Positions 60,978 through 64,000 of a stretch of 64,000 bases of DNA are shown here, piece by piece (the first letter of the stretch is position 1; each line of letters opens with the position of its first letter). Below the pieces are notes generated by a model. That model saw only the letters and a list, made by a program, of their open reading frames with translations. It ran no database searches and was not told the origin of the DNA. The DNA is from Podarcis vaucheri (Eukaryota), in NCBI GenBank assembly GCA_965113315.1, contig OZ220370.1; one strand, written 5' to 3'. The translations under genes and the position numbers were made by a program.

Positions 60978-62439
60978 CCGCTATTTATATTTGGTTACCA
61001 TCTTTTCTTTTCTTTTTTCATTTTCCAAATGGCATCTTGCCATATCATATAGAAACCTATGTATCTGTATTATTTAAGAATTGGCCTGAGACCCTTAATG
61101 ACTTCAATTATGACAGACTAAACTATTCTCATTTGCTTTCCAGTCAAATGACAGAAGATAATGCATGTAGAAAATGTGAGAACAACAGCTTCTTCCAGAG
61201 AAAAGTTTAGTTCCACCCCAACATAAAATTTCCAGTTTCAGATTGAGAGGAATGCCATTGTATTTTCTTTCTTGTAAAAATAAATTAATTAAAAGCTGAA
61301 TGAAATAGAATGAATATTTCAATCAACCTTTTATCTCAATTTTTATACATCTATATCATCTATCTTTTATTTATTTATCTAATTAATGACTGCTTTTAAT
61401 TTGTAATTTTAATTTTGAAGCTCATATGCATGCACTAATTTCCCCTTTTGTTCATGCAATAAAATGGTCACAACAGATTGCTCTTACCTAAACTATAAGT
61501 CTGTATAAAGCACTGCCTTCTTTCATAAACTCAGGGTTAAATCTACATTGTTCCAAACTACCTTGGCATTCAACTCAATTTAAGGCTATTCTGAATAATT
61601 GGTTTCCACTAATAATATTTTATTTTTGTTCTATCCTTCTTTGTTCTCTTCTGCATAAAATAGCATAAAACTATTACGAAGCTTTTTACGTGTGAGCCAT
61701 ACTTAAAACATAAAACAATATAACAAAACGCATAAAAAACAATGTCTCCTAAAATTCACCATGAACAAATAGCATTTAGAGTATGCACTGCAAAGTGCAG
61801 TGTTTTTATGTGTTACATAGCAATCATAAAGCTACTTGTCTTGGGTTAGTTCCATTTGACTTATGTGAAACAGTCCAGTACATACCTCACACCAGGAATA
61901 AAGAATTGGAAAATCAAGCATTTGGGTAACACATTGTCAGAAATTATTATTTGCTATATAAATGAATAAAACCAAACCAAACAAATATAGGCAGATACAA
62001 TCTGTTCAGGCAGGCAAGAAATCTCTGTCTACCCCAGATGAATTCACACAGGTGTGCTCATAGGCAAACAGCATCTTCCATTAAAGATTTAGAATGACAA
62101 TGTTCACAGGAGCACCTAGATTTAATCTGAAGCCTCAATCGCCATAACCTTTGACAGGAGATGTTTGTGGGCAGGTCTTACGGAATGGTCCAACAGAAAC
62201 AGAAATAAGCTTCTCCAGGCCAATTCTGAATTAAGGACCAAGGATCAAGTCTAATTCAGTCTAAGTTGCATGTTTGGAGTTAGGCCCATTACAAACTGAA
62301 TCCATGGGAGCTTGCCTGATCCTACCAGGGAGAATCAATGGGCTGATTGTGACCAAGCTTTGAGCTATTTTATTCTGCTTATTCTAGTGATTATGATTTA
62401 TTATTACAAGCCAAATAGAGTCAGAGATCTAAATTTAAA

Positions 62440-62780
62440 CAGATCCTCCAAGTGTCCCTATTTTCCAGGGACATCCCTGATTTATAGAAGCTGTCCCAGT
62501 TTCTGATTGATCCCAGAATGTCCCACTTTTCCATAGGACATCCCTATTTTCATTGGAGAAATGTTGGAGGGTATGGAGGTATCTGATCCCTGAGCTGTCT
62601 GAAAGCAGCCCTGTATAGGAAGATTTTTTAAATGTTTAATGTTTAATAATTTTTTTATATATGTTGGAAGCTGCCCAGAGTGGCTAGGACAACTCAGTAA
62701 GATGTGTGGGTATGAACAGTAAAATTATTGTTATGGAACGGGGTGTCCCTATGTTCATTGGAGAAATGTTGGAGAGCATG
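62440..62780. mobile_element. hAT-like non-autonomous element with duplicated right end
   Basis: Repeated TGTCCC/GGGACA subterminal motifs. 'ttcattggagaaatgttggag' occurs twice around an L2-like tail segment. Confidence 0.65.
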
Positions 62781-62824
62781 AAATAAATGAATGACATCCA
62801 TGAGCAGGAATATGAGTTGGACTG

Positions 62825-62945
62825 CAGGGTTCTTCAGCAGTTGTCTCCAGATGTTGCGCATCATCCCTGACCAGTTTAGTCAATAGTGAGAGATTATAGG
62901 AGTTGTAGTCTAACAGCATTAGGAAACCAAGGCTGAAGAACACTA
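62825..62945. mobile_element. Short hAT MITE (related remnant at ~20247-20346)
   Basis: CAGGGTTCTTCAGC / GCTGAAGAACACT TIRs and 'catcatccctgacca...ggagttgtagtc' body. Confidence 0.65.
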
Positions 62946-63437
62946 TTGGAGATGCATCATACTTTTGTCATGGGGACACCACCACATCTACTGACTTTAT
63001 TGATTATATTAGCCGTGAGCTGAAACTTGTTCTACATTTCTCAGAAGCTTTCTTTTGCTGCAAAAGAGGCTTCCATTTGTCTGCATTGCTTGCAGCACAC
63101 TTGGGAGTTCCTTAATAATTTCCATGTGGGGTAGGGTGGGGATAAGCTTACTTTATCATAAGGTAGTGATGGGTGGTATGTGTAAAACAGGGATGTATAG
63201 AATGAGACACTTAATCTGATGGCCTAATCCCTGTAATATTATTGTTATGGATAGGGGAATGATCAGTCACTACAAAAGTGTGACTAACCATAAACACTTT
63301 ATATTATAGAAAAGTAGTTCCATTTTATGGGCATTCCAGTTCTTTAAAGTTATTTGAGAATATTTCTATTTAGATTCAAATGATGAATTGTACTTTTTCT
63401 TTTTCCTAGTCCTTTTACATCGCTGCCTAGGGGAGCA

Positions 63438-63439
63438 TT

Positions 63440-63486
<47 letters not shown>
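63438..63486. repeat. (TTTC)n microsatellite
   Basis: Direct reading. Confidence 0.98.
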
Positions 63487-63574
63487 GCAAGAGTATTGTT
63501 ACTCTTCCCTTTCTAGTTTTATCATCATGTGTAAAGTGATATGTGCTCAACTAGAGCTCATTATACTGATTTTA

Positions 63575-63910
63575 CAGTGGTGCCTTGCAAGACGAAATTA
63601 ATCCGTTCCGCGAGTCTTTTCGTCTAGCGGTTTTTTCATCTTGCGAAGCAACCCTATTAGCGGATTAGCGGCTTAGCACTATTAGCGGTTTAGCGGCTAT
63701 TAAAGGCTTAGCGGATTAGCGGCTAAAAGGCTATTAGCAGATTAGCGTCCTAGAAAAAAGGGGGGAAAGCGAAAAAATTGCAAGACTTTTTCGTTTTGCG
63801 AAGCAAGCCTGTAGGGAAATTCGTCTTGTGAAGCGCATCGAAAAACGGAAAACCTTTTCGTCTAGCGGGTTTTTCGTCTTGCGAGGCATTCATCTTGCGG
63901 GGCACTACTG
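63575..63910. mobile_element. Tc1/mariner (pogo-like) MITE, family D, with an internal TTAGCGG array
   Basis: TA-CAGTGGTGCCTTGCAAGACGAA...TTCATCTTGCGGGGCACTACTG-TA, with reiterated TTCGTCT(T/A)GCG motifs. Confidence 0.9.
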
Positions 63911-64000
63911 TACTAACAAAATCAGCCTTACTTGCAAGAATTACCATACACTGCTTATCACAATCCCTCACCTAGGCGAGAACTTGGTCATCAGGCTCTA

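Noticed and set aside
1-64000. CRISPR array, rRNA or prokaryote-type operon
   Set aside because: There are no repeat-spacer arrays, rRNA motifs or dense coding regions. The sequence is vertebrate non-coding DNA.

Overview
This is AT-rich vertebrate DNA, inferred to be a squamate and probably a lacertid lizard because it carries Sauria SINEs with ACCTTT tails, BovB, CR1 and reptile-type MITEs. It looks intergenic or deep-intronic, and I recognise no host protein-coding gene. The longest ORFs are transposon-derived: a BovB 3' fragment and a Chapaev3-like (CMC superfamily) transposase pseudogene. The most notable signals are three Penelope-like retroelement (PLE) insertions carrying minimal hammerhead ribozymes. 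One is young, sits in a (TA)n tract, has a perfect 77-bp inverted pLTR and retains an un-annotated GIY-YIG C-terminal reading frame. Other notable signals are a young two-ended Chapaev3-like transposon with a nested Sauria SINE, a solo LTR with a 5-bp TSD, and many Tc1/pogo and hAT MITEs, several with NRF1/ETS motifs and long hairpins. There are also candidate TACCGGTA excision footprints, a CCAAT/TATA promoter-like site, several enhancer-like non-repetitive blocks and weak exon candidates. An assembly gap lies at 7627-7781. All family assignments come from recognising motifs by eye, not from database searches.
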